A stretch of 64,000 nucleotides of DNA from Eledone cirrhosa (GCA_964016885.1 OZ024740.1:201190001-201254000), one strand, 5' to 3'. Counted from the first letter of the stretch, positions 39,601 through 51,376 are shown. The notes: generated by a model not told the origin, from the letters alone. A program made the numbers and translations.

Positions 39601-39920
39601 GTTGCTGCTGCTGTTTCTCTTGTTTTTTACTTTGCCTTGTGATTGGGTGGAATTGGCTGTTCCACCCTCTGAACAACTCGCTGTCCCTCCCTGTGGACAA
39701 TTTTCTTTGTCCGACATGATTTTTTTTTATTTGGGGTTTATGGTTGTAAATAAAAGAAAATTTAGCCCTCAAGGGCGCGAGATACAGTTTTATAAAAACC
39801 ACCTCCTTTGACAGAGGGGTTCTTTAACTACACACCGATGTAAAATATATTATTAGAACTTTCGATAACTCGTAAAAATCCAACCAACTTACTCTGCCGT
39901 AGTTACCGCCGTTTTGTAAT
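36635..39920 (-). mobile_element. Tx1-clade LINE #3: ORF1 (39717 to about 38460) and APE present, RT domain deleted at about 37110
   Basis: CHGCGDKTHIKAFC knuckle; ORF2 near-identical to #2 but jumps from the equivalent of about 28480 to about 26643. Confidence 0.94.
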
Positions 39921-39927
39921 GATAACC

Positions 39928-39963
<36 letters not shown>

Positions 39964-39965
<2 letters not shown>

Positions 39966-39999
39966 TTTCATTTATTAGCCACAAGGGCCGACATGTAGG
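39964..39999 (-). mobile_element. About 35-bp stub identical to the 3' terminus of Tx1 #1
   Basis: GATTTCATTTATTAGCCACAAGGGCCGACATGTAGG also at 21483-21518. Confidence 0.85.
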
Positions 40000-40185
40000 A
40001 GTGTGATTATAATAATAAAGAGTGTAATTATAGTTTAATGTAAGGAATGTTAATAATGTTAATAATGATAATAATAAGGTCCGTTTTCAATTGTTGCGCT
40101 ACTCCATATAATGTTTCTGGATCAATTGATTATAGATAATTATTGATCTGGTTCAGATGAAGATAAGTAAATTAGGTAAAAAAAA

Positions 40186-40772
40186 TTATTATTATCATTA
40201 TTAACATTCCTTACATTAAACTATAATTACACTCCTTATTATTATAATCATACTCTAGCAAGTTTGTTGAAAGGTGGGTGAATGTAACGAGAATGGTCCG
40301 AGTAAACGGGACCGCTCTGAATATACGCCTGTAGTTTGAGTAATGGAAAAATTGAGAGACTGCGCTTGCCCTGGTGGTCAGGGTGGCCGTGGTCTTTTGT
40401 GTGGTTTTCGCCACGAGTAACCCTCGGAGGTTTCCACCCTATTGGGGAATTTTTCATTGTTTCAATTTTCATTTTTATTGTTTATATATATATATATATG
40501 TTTCTATGTCTTTTTTTTCTTTTCTTATATAAATAATAAAAATCCTTACATGCACAAAACCCACATCGTGCCGTCTGTAATGTTTCTCTTGATGTCAGCC
40601 CTTGTGGCCAATAAAGAAATCATTATTATAATCACACTCCTTATTATTATTATTATTCCTTACATTAAATTATAATTACACTCCTTATTCCTCACATATA
40701 CTGAAACTATGTTGACTTTCTTTAAATAACGTCTTCCTTGTGAAATTTGTAGTCTTGTCTTTGCTTAACTAA

Positions 40773-40778
<6 letters not shown>
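40186..40778 (+). mobile_element. Inverted copy of the PLE-A-related pLTR (right arm), interrupted by a Tx1 3' end
   Basis: Reverse complement of 21321-21458 joined to 39997-40077. Confidence 0.9.
40256..40621 (+). mobile_element. 5'-truncated Tx1 3' end with 18-bp TSD
   Basis: Encodes SKFVERWVNVTRMVRVNG; ATTATTATAATCA(T/C)ACTC at 40238-40255 and 40622-40639. Confidence 0.93.
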
Positions 40779-40842
<64 letters not shown>

Positions 40843-41133
40843 CAGTGGCGGACTGGGTCTAAAAATATTGATTGCCAGGAGATGAAGGGGGCCCACCTAC
40901 ATATAGAATGCTATCATTTAATTTTTATAATGAATAAATAACATTTTCGAAAAATACATAAGTGGAAACAAAACAGTGCAGTCAAATCTTTGTGTAAAAA
41001 TATACCTTCTCCAATAAAAAATATTACGTATTTTGCGAAATCCAAAGACTTTCAATAATGGCCAAAAGTCGACCCTAAATATTGCTAATAGCTCTTGGAA
41101 AGCCATAAACGATAGCACATATTTTTAACTTTG

Positions 41134-41427
41134 ATTTTGAAAGTAGGTTTATAATTATCAATTTTCATTATACTTTTATAGCTGTCTCGGTGGCCTAGTT
41201 GGAGGAATCATAGACGGTCCTGGTCTGAAGTTCGATCCTGGTTGGGAGTAAGGTTCCCAGTAAACCTTTTCAGTTTTTTTTCTATTGGTTGTAAAATAAA
41301 AACTGAAAAAGGTTACATGTAACTCTTGACCAGGATTGAACCGAAGGCCAAGACCTCCACAGCGAGGCCACAGAGACAACTACGAACATCTGATGTAAAT
41401 TCATACCTATAAACCTACTTTCAAAAT
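41134..41427. repeat. Imperfect palindrome with perfect 20-bp ends containing two convergent tRNA-like units
   Basis: ATTTTGAAAGTAGGTTTATA / TATAAACCTACTTTCAAAAT; A/B-box-like motifs on both strands. Confidence 0.8.
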
Positions 41428-41520
41428 TTTCAAAACAAAGTGTTGTGGTGTCGTTCATGTCTTTCTGAATGTTATTGCTCCTACTTAAGGTCGACGTCTA
41501 AAGCAATCGTTTTGTTTCAC

Positions 41521-42016
41521 ATCTATCTAGATTATATTTTAACCTGTAATCCATGTTTCATTTCTGTCGCACCTCATTTCTCCCCCCCCCCCCTCTCTCT
41601 CTTTCTCACTGTGATATTTGAATCTACTATGATTTGGGCTTACTTCATATATGTTTTTGCATGTCAGATTCAAATGATTGGCATTATATATATATAATTA
41701 TAAATGTAAACATGTAAGTATGTTTTTTGAAACGGTGCGCGAGTTTGAAATTAGAAATTAGAAATTATAAGCTTTCACCGTATTTTAGACTAAAGAAATT
41801 TCTAGCCTGATAGTGGGGTTTATAACCCTCGGAGAAATGGAAAAAGATGAGTATTGCCGTACATATATATTATATATATATATATATATCATCTATCTAG
41901 ACTACATTTTAATCTGTAATCCATGTTTCGTTTCTGTTCCACCTCATTTCTCCCCCCCCCTCTCTCTTTCTCTCTCTCTCTCTCTTTCTCTCTGTGATAT
42001 TTGAATTTACTATGAT
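41521..42016. repeat. Diverged direct repeat of about 115 bp (41521-41633, 41891-42016)
   Basis: ATCTATCTAGA..TGTAATCCATGTTTC..ACCTCATTTCTCCCCC..TGTGATATTTGAAT occurs twice. Confidence 0.85.
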
Positions 42017-42258
42017 GTATACATCGCTATTTCAGAGCACCAATCCTAATATATATATATATAGAGATAGATAAATTCTATATATATATAGACAGAGAGA
42101 GAGGGGGGAAGAGAGAGAGAGAGGGAGGGATTATATATATATATAAAGATTATTTATAGATATATATATAAAAAGATTATTTATAGATGATGTGGTATGC
42201 TATATTTCCAAAGTTGTTAGATTCAGCTCCCTAGTTCAGACGATAGCATGTTTTCAGA

Positions 42259-42331
42259 GGTCCCTTAGTTCAATGGCAAGAGAACTTAACCAGTATCTTA
42301 GAAACACAAGGTTCGACCCCTCGTAACGGCC
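42259..42331 (+). pseudogene. tRNA-like remnant
   Basis: TAGTTCAATGG A-box, GGTTCGACCC B-box, partial acceptor stem; the anticodon arm does not fold. Confidence 0.5.
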
Positions 42332-42516
42332 GCTGTCAACTTCTTTTCCCGTCTTTAAGGGTCTTTACCCAATTATATAAGCTATTTATAGCGCAATCTA
42401 CTGTACTTACAGTTACTTTCTGTGTCTGAGTATAATATATTAATAAACCTTATAGTCTTTCAGCGCTTCGTAAGTTCAAATCTTTGAGCTTCGCACACGT
42501 TGTTTAGAGAGAGAGG

Positions 42517-42560
<44 letters not shown>

Positions 42561-42625
42561 TACTTGTCTAAATATCTCCTTTTGATAGCCAACTTTAGGA
42601 GTACTCGATACTTCTCCTAGTATTA

Positions 42626-42716
<91 letters not shown>

Positions 42717-42739
42717 GCATTTTGAGTGAAGTTGGGTAG

Positions 42740-42930
42740 AAGGTCGCTGTTTGTAAAACGCCCATCGGATGAACTGTACCTGTAATTCAGAAGATCAGCT
42801 TTGTCACACAGATTTACATTAAATCTCCCTTAAGGATACATGTGTCTGTAGAATTCTCAGCTACGTACTCATTAATTCCATGAGTAGGCTGTTCCCTTGA
42901 TCTAACAACTGGAACAATCATCGATAAAGG
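42740..42930 (+). mobile_element. SINE family 2 tail fragment
   Basis: Similar to 50870-51040 and 11100-11230. Confidence 0.7.
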
Positions 42931-43572
42931 TCCATTACATCAGCTTATCAAACCAACTAGTCAGTCATTGCTATTTCAAAAGAATATATCAATTAATGCA
43001 AGTTGTTTTTAAAACAAAAAAGAAACGAAAAAAAAATAATCCAAGACATGAAATGTAGAATTATCATTAAAGTGTCAAACGGAGTGTTAAAAAGAGCAAA
43101 CATACGACACCAACCGATTAACTAACATTTTAGTCGACCTATTAATTTCTTTTCCATTAAGTGACCATTTGGGATAGAAATTTCTCCATGAGTTTTTCCA
43201 ATATCAAAGAATAGTATTTAATTCGATATTTTCAATGAGAGACACAATATTCCTAAAAATCATCTTGAGTGTGTGTGTTGGGGTTGATTTTGGTTCTTTT
43301 TTTTTTAGTTTTGTTTTGTTTTGTTTTGTTTGTGTGTGTGTATTTTTTTTTTTTTTTTTTTTTTGTGAAGGTGACTTGTATCTTTAAAAATTAGGTTGCA
43401 GTAATAATAATTAACGATATTCTAAATTGAAATGTCATGCTAATATTATCAATTGGCTCCTTGAAAGTCAAGAAGAAAACAGAACAAGAAATATTTCAGA
43501 AATATTCTTTTATTTTATAATATTATATTTATTTTTTCTTTTACTGGTTTCAGTTAGCTGGCATTGGCTGAG

Positions 43573-43697
43573 TTGGAACAACTCCTCTTGAAGGCCGATC
43601 CTATCAAACCCCAGTCCGGGCTGTCTTGGAACAACTCCCCTTGAAGGCCGATCCTATCAAACCCCATCTCGAGCTGACTTGGAACAACTCCCTTGAA
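43573..43697. repeat. 53-bp minisatellite, about 2.4 units
   Basis: TTGGAACAACTCC..TTGAAGGCCGATCCTATCAAACCCCA repeated. Confidence 0.9.
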
Positions 43698-43742
43698 AGA
43701 GATCATTGTATGTATATATATATATATGCATATATATAAATA

Positions 43743-43829
<87 letters not shown>

Positions 43830-44161
43830 GGTTGGGTGTGGATGCATTCATGTATATGTGTGTGTCCGCATATATCTGTGTGTTTCTAAATATATTGTTA
43901 ATAGCTCCCTCTGGTCGAGTAATCTTTGAAGTGTGGTGACTGCTGGAAAGCGGCCATTACTCATACTTCTCGCCCCCTTCACCACCTCTTCTACGGCTTC
44001 GATATAAATACCCCCTCCGCCTCCGTGGTATTTTCTTCGGGGTTATAAGAGGCTTAGCTCTGTTTCTCGACCGTTATATCGCGTGACTATCTCCCCCTCC
44101 GCCTTTTGGGATTCTTTCTCACGTCGTGTAGACGCGTTCTTGAAGCTAGTAAAATGAGGTA

Positions 44162-44251
44162 TCCTCTTGATAAGTCGGCAGACCTCGCAAGGACTCTATA
44201 TCTTTATGATGTATTGTTTTTGTTTATGCCACGAAACTACGTAGTCGAGGA
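44162..44251 (+). ncRNA. Type I hammerhead, U3-A8 core, extended loop II, in an unclassified unit (about 43870-44320) between TA-rich tracts
   Basis: TCCTC-TTGATAA-GT(C)GGCA...TGCCAC-GAAA-CTACGTAG-TC-GAGGA; stem III ACTACGTAGT is a perfect palindrome; GUC triplet. Confidence 0.8.
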
Positions 44252-44314
44252 ATCTAGGAGCAGTTTAGGTATGATACATTTTATTACTAATTATATCTAA
44301 ATGTTTCTTCTCTC

Positions 44315-44349
<35 letters not shown>

Positions 44350-44350
<1 letters not shown>

Positions 44351-45251
44351 GGAAAAATTTGAACAGGAACAAAACAGAGAGGCAGTACAACGAATGTTTA
44401 TTAATTTCACGCTCTGGAGAGTGGGGTGGTGGTGGGGAACGACGTTTCGGGCATAAGCCCTTCCTCAGGTGAGAAGTGTGTGGGAACAGAGTTCAAAGGG
44501 TGTGTAGGGGAATGGTGGAGAGACATATAGCGAAAGGAAACGGTGAGAATGAAATTAAAAATAAAAATAAAAATAAAGCATGATCAAAATAAAAGGAATG
44601 AAATAAAAATAAATATAAAAGCATGACCAAAATAAACTGAAATTAAAAAGGGGTAAAACAGGTGGTGGAAGGGTGTGGGGTGTGCAGGGGTGGTGGCAGG
44701 TGGAGTGGGGGGAGGGAGACGGGGTGTCCGAGCGGGGAGGGCTGAAGGTGGTGTGTGTGTAGGTGTACGTGTGTGTGTGTGTGTGTGTATGTGAAAGTAA
44801 GGGTTGGGGGAAGAACGGGGTTGCATGTTCAGGAAGAGGTGTGTGTGGGGGGGGGGGTTGTAGGTCGGAGTGTCTGTGCGTGTGTGGATAGAGGGGTGGG
44901 GCGGGGAATCAGGAGGCTGAGGGTGTAAATATGTGGTGGAAAGCACGTGTGTGTGGGGTTTAAGCGTGTTGTGGGTGTAGGTGGCGTGTGGGAGAAAACA
45001 ACATTTTTGGGTGTGTGTGTGGGTGAGTTATATAGGTGATTCCGTAAGAGGATGGTTGAAATGTTGGTAAATTCCTATGATGTTTAGTAGATTCCGTGGT
45101 GGTCAAGTTCCACATACGAGTATTCCATGAAGAATGAATTGGTCGGAAGAGGAGAGATGTGGGGTGCGCGCGCAACAGGAAGTGGTCAAGCGGTGGGAGT
45201 GCTGTGTGTCTGTTTGTGCTGGGAGGTGGTCAGAGGGCATAGCAGCAGTCA
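44350..45251 (-). mobile_element. Probable decayed PLE 3' end with hammerhead core at 44439-44470
   Basis: Minus strand CTGAGGA-A-GGGC-TTAT-GCCC-GAAACGTC then AATAAA; stem I only 2 bp; coding remnant weak. Confidence 0.5.
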
Positions 45252-47212
45252 TAAGAATTGAAATACTAGAGTGTGTTGGAGGTAAACACCCTCTTCGTAT
45301 TATAGAAATGACAGTAAAGGTATAGCTCAATGTAATTAAACAGAGCCGAAGAATTATGAAAATAAACCAAAGAAGCCTTCAATACATCAAAAGTCTTTAT
45401 TAGCCAACAATGTTTCGTCCTATTAAGGACTCATCAGGGCAATTAAAGCTATAAGAAGCACTATCAGCCAATACAAGCCGAAAACTCAGAAGAATATGGA
45501 GTGTACATAGATTAAATCATAGGAAAATAATCGGGTGAAAATATCAAGTAAAAAATTATCAAGTGAAAATTGCTAAGGAAGTAAATAACATTTTGAACCA
45601 TATTACAAATATAGTCCAATGCAAAAACTAGAGCTAAAACAGAGGTGATGATATAGAGCGGGTATTATTGTACTATATATAATATCAAATAATATAATAT
45701 AATATAATATAATTAATAATGATAATAATAATAATGTTAAAAGGCCCAATATACATATATATATACATATGTACACATATATACATATATATCAATACAC
45801 ATTTCCATCAATAGAAGCACAAACTAACCCTTATTAAGAGTTTAAATATAAATAAGAATAATAAAAATAAAAATAAAAATAAAAATAAAAATAAAAATAA
45901 AAATAAAAATAAAAATAAAAATGAAAATAAAATTAAAATATAATATATATAATATTTACAGTATAAAATGAAGAATAAATGATTAAAAGTAAGCATAAAA
46001 TATATAATAAACTATATAATTATATAATAGATAATCTCCGGTTAATTTGCACAAACAATATAAATGTTACAATAACACTAAAATCACAATATTATAATAT
46101 AATGGCATATAACTTAACAAATCATATAGAGTTACAGTCCGGGTGAGAAAAAATATTGTACAGAACTAAATTATATTGGAAAAATTATGTTGGAAAAATA
46201 TCAAAACCATTGCAAGAAAATAGATCAAATTTCTATACAGTTGGTGTAAATAAATATTATCCAAACATTACAAGAATTATAAAAATATAAACATATTACA
46301 GGATTTACAGAATTTAACATAACATAATGGTACATTTAATAATCGATAAATAATAATGATCAGTAGTACGTTTACAAAGAGTGGAATGATATAAAATTTC
46401 AATATAAAATATTGAACATAGTATAATATAAATAATTACATGGTTGGTGGAGAGACATTTGTGAATAAGTGAATGAGAGCCAGACAGACAGACTACGCAC
46501 GGTAGTATATATAAATAAATACAATCGACCGGAAATCGAAAAACAAAAACAAAAGTATTTACTTAGGTGTAGCATGCAGTTAAGTAAAAAATTTAGGACT
46601 AGAAAACCCTATTAAATTAATTAATATTGAAAGTACTTAAAATACATAATAAGTCCATACAAAATTAGCTATGGTTTAAGTAATCAAAATCCCCGAATTT
46701 AAAGATATCACTATAAAAATATATCTGGAAAAAATGAAATATTCAACTATCAGTTGAATAACGTTATCTAATAAACAGACTTTAAATAGAGTTATGGTAG
46801 GCCAATGGGGACAGAAAAAAGAAATGTATGGAGGATATGAAAGAGCATAAAATCATAATCAACATACTGTATTATACAATAGAAAGGAGCGTAAAAGGGA
46901 ATTGGATATAATTATAGTATATTTGAAGGGGCGAGTGACAAGTATGTATGTGTGGGGGGGGGTAATTATCCAAAGAAGAATCCAAATAAAATAAAATAGA
47001 ATAATATAAAATAAAATAAAATATATAATCAGATATAAACTCATAAGGTGTTAATAGTGAAAATATAATATTTAAGAAGATAGAAATGGTATGGTAGCCA
47101 AAAGATTATGAAAGCTATAATGAAAAGCTGTCCAAAACCAATGATAAAAATGATGATAATGATGGTGGTAAACATAATAAACCTTAACTAAAAAGATAAG
47201 GGAATGTAGCAG

Positions 47213-49900
47213 CTAATGGATACAATTTACACTACTAGAACCTTTAGGTTTATAATAAAAGTAAGAATTTGAAATGGCGTGGGGGCAAGAAGAGAATATC
47301 TCAGACTTTCTATTAAGTAAGGTTTCCCTAGAGAAAATTATAGAGTGGGTCTCAAGGATACAGAGATTGCAAAATTTAGTATGTGTTGAAAGGTTATTAG
47401 AGCGTGCTACTATACGCCAACTAAGGCTATATGGTATATTAGCCCCCTTAAGATCCCAGATATGGTGTGCTAAAGAAGTAGGATTCTTAAACTTAACATG
47501 TTTAAAATTAGAGATATGAGAATTAAACCTAGTCTTAAAAGTGTTAGATGTAGAGCCTATATACGTGCTATTAAAAGAATTAGTTTTAACCACACAAGCA
47601 TAAACGATGTTCTTAGAGAGGCAGTTACCGTTTAAAGGGCAGTTAGCACTCACTCTACAGTTACACTTCCGGGTGTTATTGATCGGCTGAATTAGTGATA
47701 CATCGCACGTAGGATTACTATGAGATAAAGTCTGCTCTGGTGGTAAGGCATCTACGGATCTATTCTGACTAGTAGCACGTAGAGAGGAGTATCCATCCCT
47801 AATTTTCCCATTGTTAGTGCTAGCTAAATGAGAACTAATATTAGGGGTGGTAGAGAATGAAAGTTTAATTACATTTTTATTAAAAATACTATGGTATTTA
47901 TTAGTAGGAGGGAAGTTTTTCTCTAAGATAGAAAAGAAAGACCTAGGGATGTTAGTTAATACTTCATGATTATATGGCGGGTTAAAATAAGTATTTAGTC
48001 TCCTTCTATTTTTATCCTTACCAACTCTACCGTTATCTAATGTCCCATTATTAAGATTTGGGTTACTACAAGGATTAGTTAAAACCACATTACTAGAATC
48101 AGCCGAAACTCGATTAAGTCTCTTTCTGTTTCTACCTCTAGTATATTTGCCGCCTTCTGGAGTCATATCAAAAGGATTAGGGCCAATAATAGGATCAGTA
48201 GAAACAACATTATTAGAATTAGGTATATCAAAAGTATTACCAATGTGTGAGCGCTCAGAGGGCTCGACTTGATTCCTAGAAGTATTAAATTCTCTGCTAC
48301 GAGTCCGGTGGCTTAACCCATGGATGGGTTCAGATACACCTATGTGATTTCTACGATTCTTATGCTTTCTACTCCCATTCATGGCCATATTATGGGATAT
48401 TATGTTATTATTATTATAAGTAAGCGGAGACTTTCTAAGGTTACTATTATTATAATGTATTTTACCAGAGTAACCTGAGTTAGCTAGGGCATTATTATAA
48501 TACTCTGCATGTGCATTAAATGTTCCTACGTCCTTAGAGAGTGTGGAAATCCTATTAGATACACCATTAATTATAGAGCGTATCATAGATTTGGGGTGGT
48601 TAGAATTTGGACTAACATAAGTGAGTATTTCATTAGGCTTATGGAAGGGTTTAAAACTATTAGTGACCAAGTCCAAAGTCACATCTAAAAAGTTGACCGC
48701 TCTATCGTTTCTATCTATCGTGATCGAAAGGTTATAGCTTTTAAAAAACTTATAAAGCTTCTTCTTATTATGTTCGACGTTGTTGGTGCTAGAGTTAATC
48801 ACAAACAATGCATCGTCACGATAAAGTCCGCCTTTAAGGTGCGGAAAGGTAACATATAGTTCATTTAGGAGGAACAACCCAACAAGATCAGTTACCTGGG
48901 CCGAATCATTCGAACCCATTGTAACGTCGAAATTATTGGGCGTGTTTTTACGGGTCCAAAAAGTATCCTCAAAATTAATGATAGTTCTACGGGCTGCTAG
49001 TATAATATCTACCTGTGATCGTGTAAGGCTGGACACTCTCATAGCCAACATTAAGGCTTTATTAAGGAGGATGGGTGAAATCGATGTGTAATAGGCATCA
49101 ATATCGAACTGGATAAACTTACTAGATTCAAGTTTATTAATGCCAGAGAACCAATCTATAACCTCCTTAGTGTTCCCCCAAAGGTTAAAATTAACCTTCT
49201 CCCTAACATCTGGTATAATAAGGTCAAGGATTTTTTTACTAATTATGTCTATATCAGACTTAGAAGGACAGATGAGTCTAACAGAGGGATTACTAATGAA
49301 GTCTACCTTATGATCCTTAAGAGTGAATCTCGGTTCTCTAGGGTAATATGGCTGGGTATACTTATCTAGGCCAAGATCCGAGACTATCTTAAGACCCTCA
49401 TTATTGATATGGTTCAAATTATCCTGCGTAGTTTTTTTATAATTTCTATGCAGCTCCTTATAAATAAAATCACGGTAAGCGCTGTAATCCATAGAGTATA
49501 GATTCTTAGTCTTATCAGCCAGGACAAGAATAGACGTATTAGCACTAAAACCCTTAACAATATTTTTAAGTCTAGACTGGAACTTGTCAAACTTATTATA
49601 ATTTCCATGTCTATTATATGGCCTATACTTAATATTTTTGACAAGGGAAAGTAAGGCATTTTCAAAATTATCTAGTAGAACATTATGTGGCGGGCTCTTA
49701 TAAGTTTTGAAGCCGAAGTTATTGAAATGAGTTCTATGCTTGGGGTCAGTCCTATTCCTATTAATATCATAGTGGAAAGCACGCCATCTAATCCTTTTTA
49801 CGAAGGAGTTAACACTAGCAATTAAGAGTTTTTCATAAGTATTTTTAGAGGGGATGGGAATATTCTTCAAAGATAAAGGCAGGTAACTCTTTGTTAGCAT
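47213..49900 (-). CDS. PLE reverse transcriptase + GIY-YIG endonuclease (Naiad-type); first ATG at 49900
   Basis: QFDIDAYY, FDVTMGS, GLYRDD, NFLDV, FHKP, SNHP, CNCRVSANCPLNGNC, IVY..YIGST..FKTRFNSH, CNLC..E, CPH; no stops. Confidence 0.96.
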   Translation of the reverse strand: MLTKSYLPLSLKNIPIPSKNTYEKLLIASVNSFVKRIRWRAFHYDINRNRTDPKHRTHFNNFGFKTYKSPPHNVLLDNFENALLSLVKNIKYRPYNRHGNYNKFDKFQSRLKNIVKGFSANTSILVLADKTKNLYSMDYSAYRDFIYKELHRNYKKTTQDNLNHINNEGLKIVSDLGLDKYTQPYYPREPRFTLKDHKVDFISNPSVRLICPSKSDIDIISKKILDLIIPDVREKVNFNLWGNTKEVIDWFSGINKLESSKFIQFDIDAYYTSISPILLNKALMLAMRVSSLTRSQVDIILAARRTIINFEDTFWTRKNTPNNFDVTMGSNDSAQVTDLVGLFLLNELYVTFPHLKGGLYRDDALFVINSSTNNVEHNKKKLYKFFKSYNLSITIDRNDRAVNFLDVTLDLVTNSFKPFHKPNEILTYVSPNSNHPKSMIRSIINGVSNRISTLSKDVGTFNAHAEYYNNALANSGYSGKIHYNNSNLRKSPLTYNNNNIISHNMAMNGSRKHKNRRNHIGVSEPIHGLSHRTRSREFNTSRNQVEPSERSHIGNTFDIPNSNNVVSTDPIIGPNPFDMTPEGGKYTRGRNRKRLNRVSADSSNVVLTNPCSNPNLNNGTLDNGRVGKDKNRRRLNTYFNPPYNHEVLTNIPRSFFSILEKNFPPTNKYHSIFNKNVIKLSFSTTPNISSHLASTNNGKIRDGYSSLRATSQNRSVDALPPEQTLSHSNPTCDVSLIQPINNTRKCNCRVSANCPLNGNCLSKNIVYACVVKTNSFNSTYIGSTSNTFKTRFNSHISNFKHVKFKNPTSLAHHIWDLKGANIPYSLSWRIVARSNNLSTHTKFCNLCILETHSIIFSRETLLNRKSEIFSSCPHAISNSYFYYKPKGSSSVNCIH

Positions 49901-50517
49901 ACTGTCAGATATATATAAAGGCCAAAACACCAGTATATCGGAGGAAGCTCAACCAATCGGGAGCAGTAACAAGAATTGAAATACTAGAGTGTGTTGGAGT
50001 TAAACACCCTCTTCGTATTATAGAAATGACAGTAAAGGTATAGCTCAATGTAATTAAACAGAGCCGAAGAATTATGAAAATAAACCAAAGAAGCCTTCAA
50101 TACATCAAAAGTCTTTATTAGCCAACAATGTTTCGTCCTATTAATATAATGATATATATGTATATATGTGTATATATATATATATGTATATTGGGCCTTT
50201 TAACATTATTATTATTATCATTATTTATTATATTATATTATATTATATTATATTATATTATATTATATTATATTATATTATATATAGTACAATAATTCCC
50301 GCTCTATATCACCACCTCTGTTTTAGCTCGAGTTTTTGCATTGGACTATATTTGTAATATGGTTCAAAATGTTACTTACTTCCTTAGCAATTTTCACTTG
50401 ATAATTTTTTACTTGATAATTTTTACCCGATTATTTTCCTATGATTTAATCTATGTACACTCCATATTCTTCTGAGTTTTCGGCTTGTATTGGCTGATAG
50501 TGCTTCTTATAGCTTTA

Positions 50518-50562
50518 ATTGCCCTGATGAGTCCTTAATAGGACGAAACATTGTTGGCTAAT
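50518..50562 (+). ncRNA. Minimal type I hammerhead of PLE-B (identical sense copy at 45399-45443 on -)
   Basis: GCC-CTGATGA-GTCC-TTAATA-GGAC-GAAAC-ATT-GTT-GGC, then AATAAA. Confidence 0.88.
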
Positions 50563-50615
50563 AAAGACTTTTGATGTATTGAAGGGTTCTTTGGTTTATT
50601 TTCATAATTATTTTC

Positions 50616-50727
<112 letters not shown>

Positions 50728-50764
50728 TATATATATGCATATATATATATACAATGATCTCTTT

Positions 50765-51050
50765 GTGATTAGGTTATTCGGCTCACAATCCTAAGGTTCG
50801 AATCCCGGCGGCATATTGTGTCCTTGTGCAAGACACTTTATTTCACGTTGCTCCAGTCCACAAAATGGCTTGTACATGTAATTCAAAGGGCCAGACATGT
50901 CACATTGTATGTCACGCTGAATCTCCCTGAGAACTGCGTTAAGGATACGCAGGTATGTGGAATGTTCAACTACTTGGACGTTAATTTCAGGAATTGTCTG
51001 TTCCGTTGATCGGATTAATTAGGACACATCTCATAACCGATGGGGTGCAA
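50765..51050 (+). mobile_element. SINE family 2
   Basis: GGTTCGAATCC B-box, CAAGACACTTTATTTCACGTTGCTCCAGTCCA core, shared tail. Confidence 0.82.
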
Positions 51051-51280
51051 GTTGTTATGTTTATATATATATTTTATTCAATTCAGGAAAGTTGGTTGAT
51101 GAAATAATCCACCGACTTTGGTCGTAAACAGGCGTAAATCAATCTTGTATTCCTTAAAGTGTTATCAATAAGGTATCAACCGGAGTGTCGATATTATAAA
51201 AGGTTATTGTGCAATCACTTTGACATCTTCGAAATACGTGTAACAGGATTATATATTAAACAGATGCACATTTAAAACCG

Positions 51281-51376
<96 letters not shown>

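Noticed and set aside
21443-39963. CRISPR-like repeat-spacer reading of the TAA-separated array or the 53-bp repeat
   Set aside because: Eukaryotic context, the spacers are LINEs, no cas genes
40843-40857. hAT-like terminus as a complete DNA transposon
   Set aside because: No matching second terminus or transposase found in the window
47213-47700. Selenoprotein recoding, known in some Naiad PLEs
   Set aside because: No in-frame TGA at the conserved Cys positions in PLE-B or in the PLE-A endonuclease
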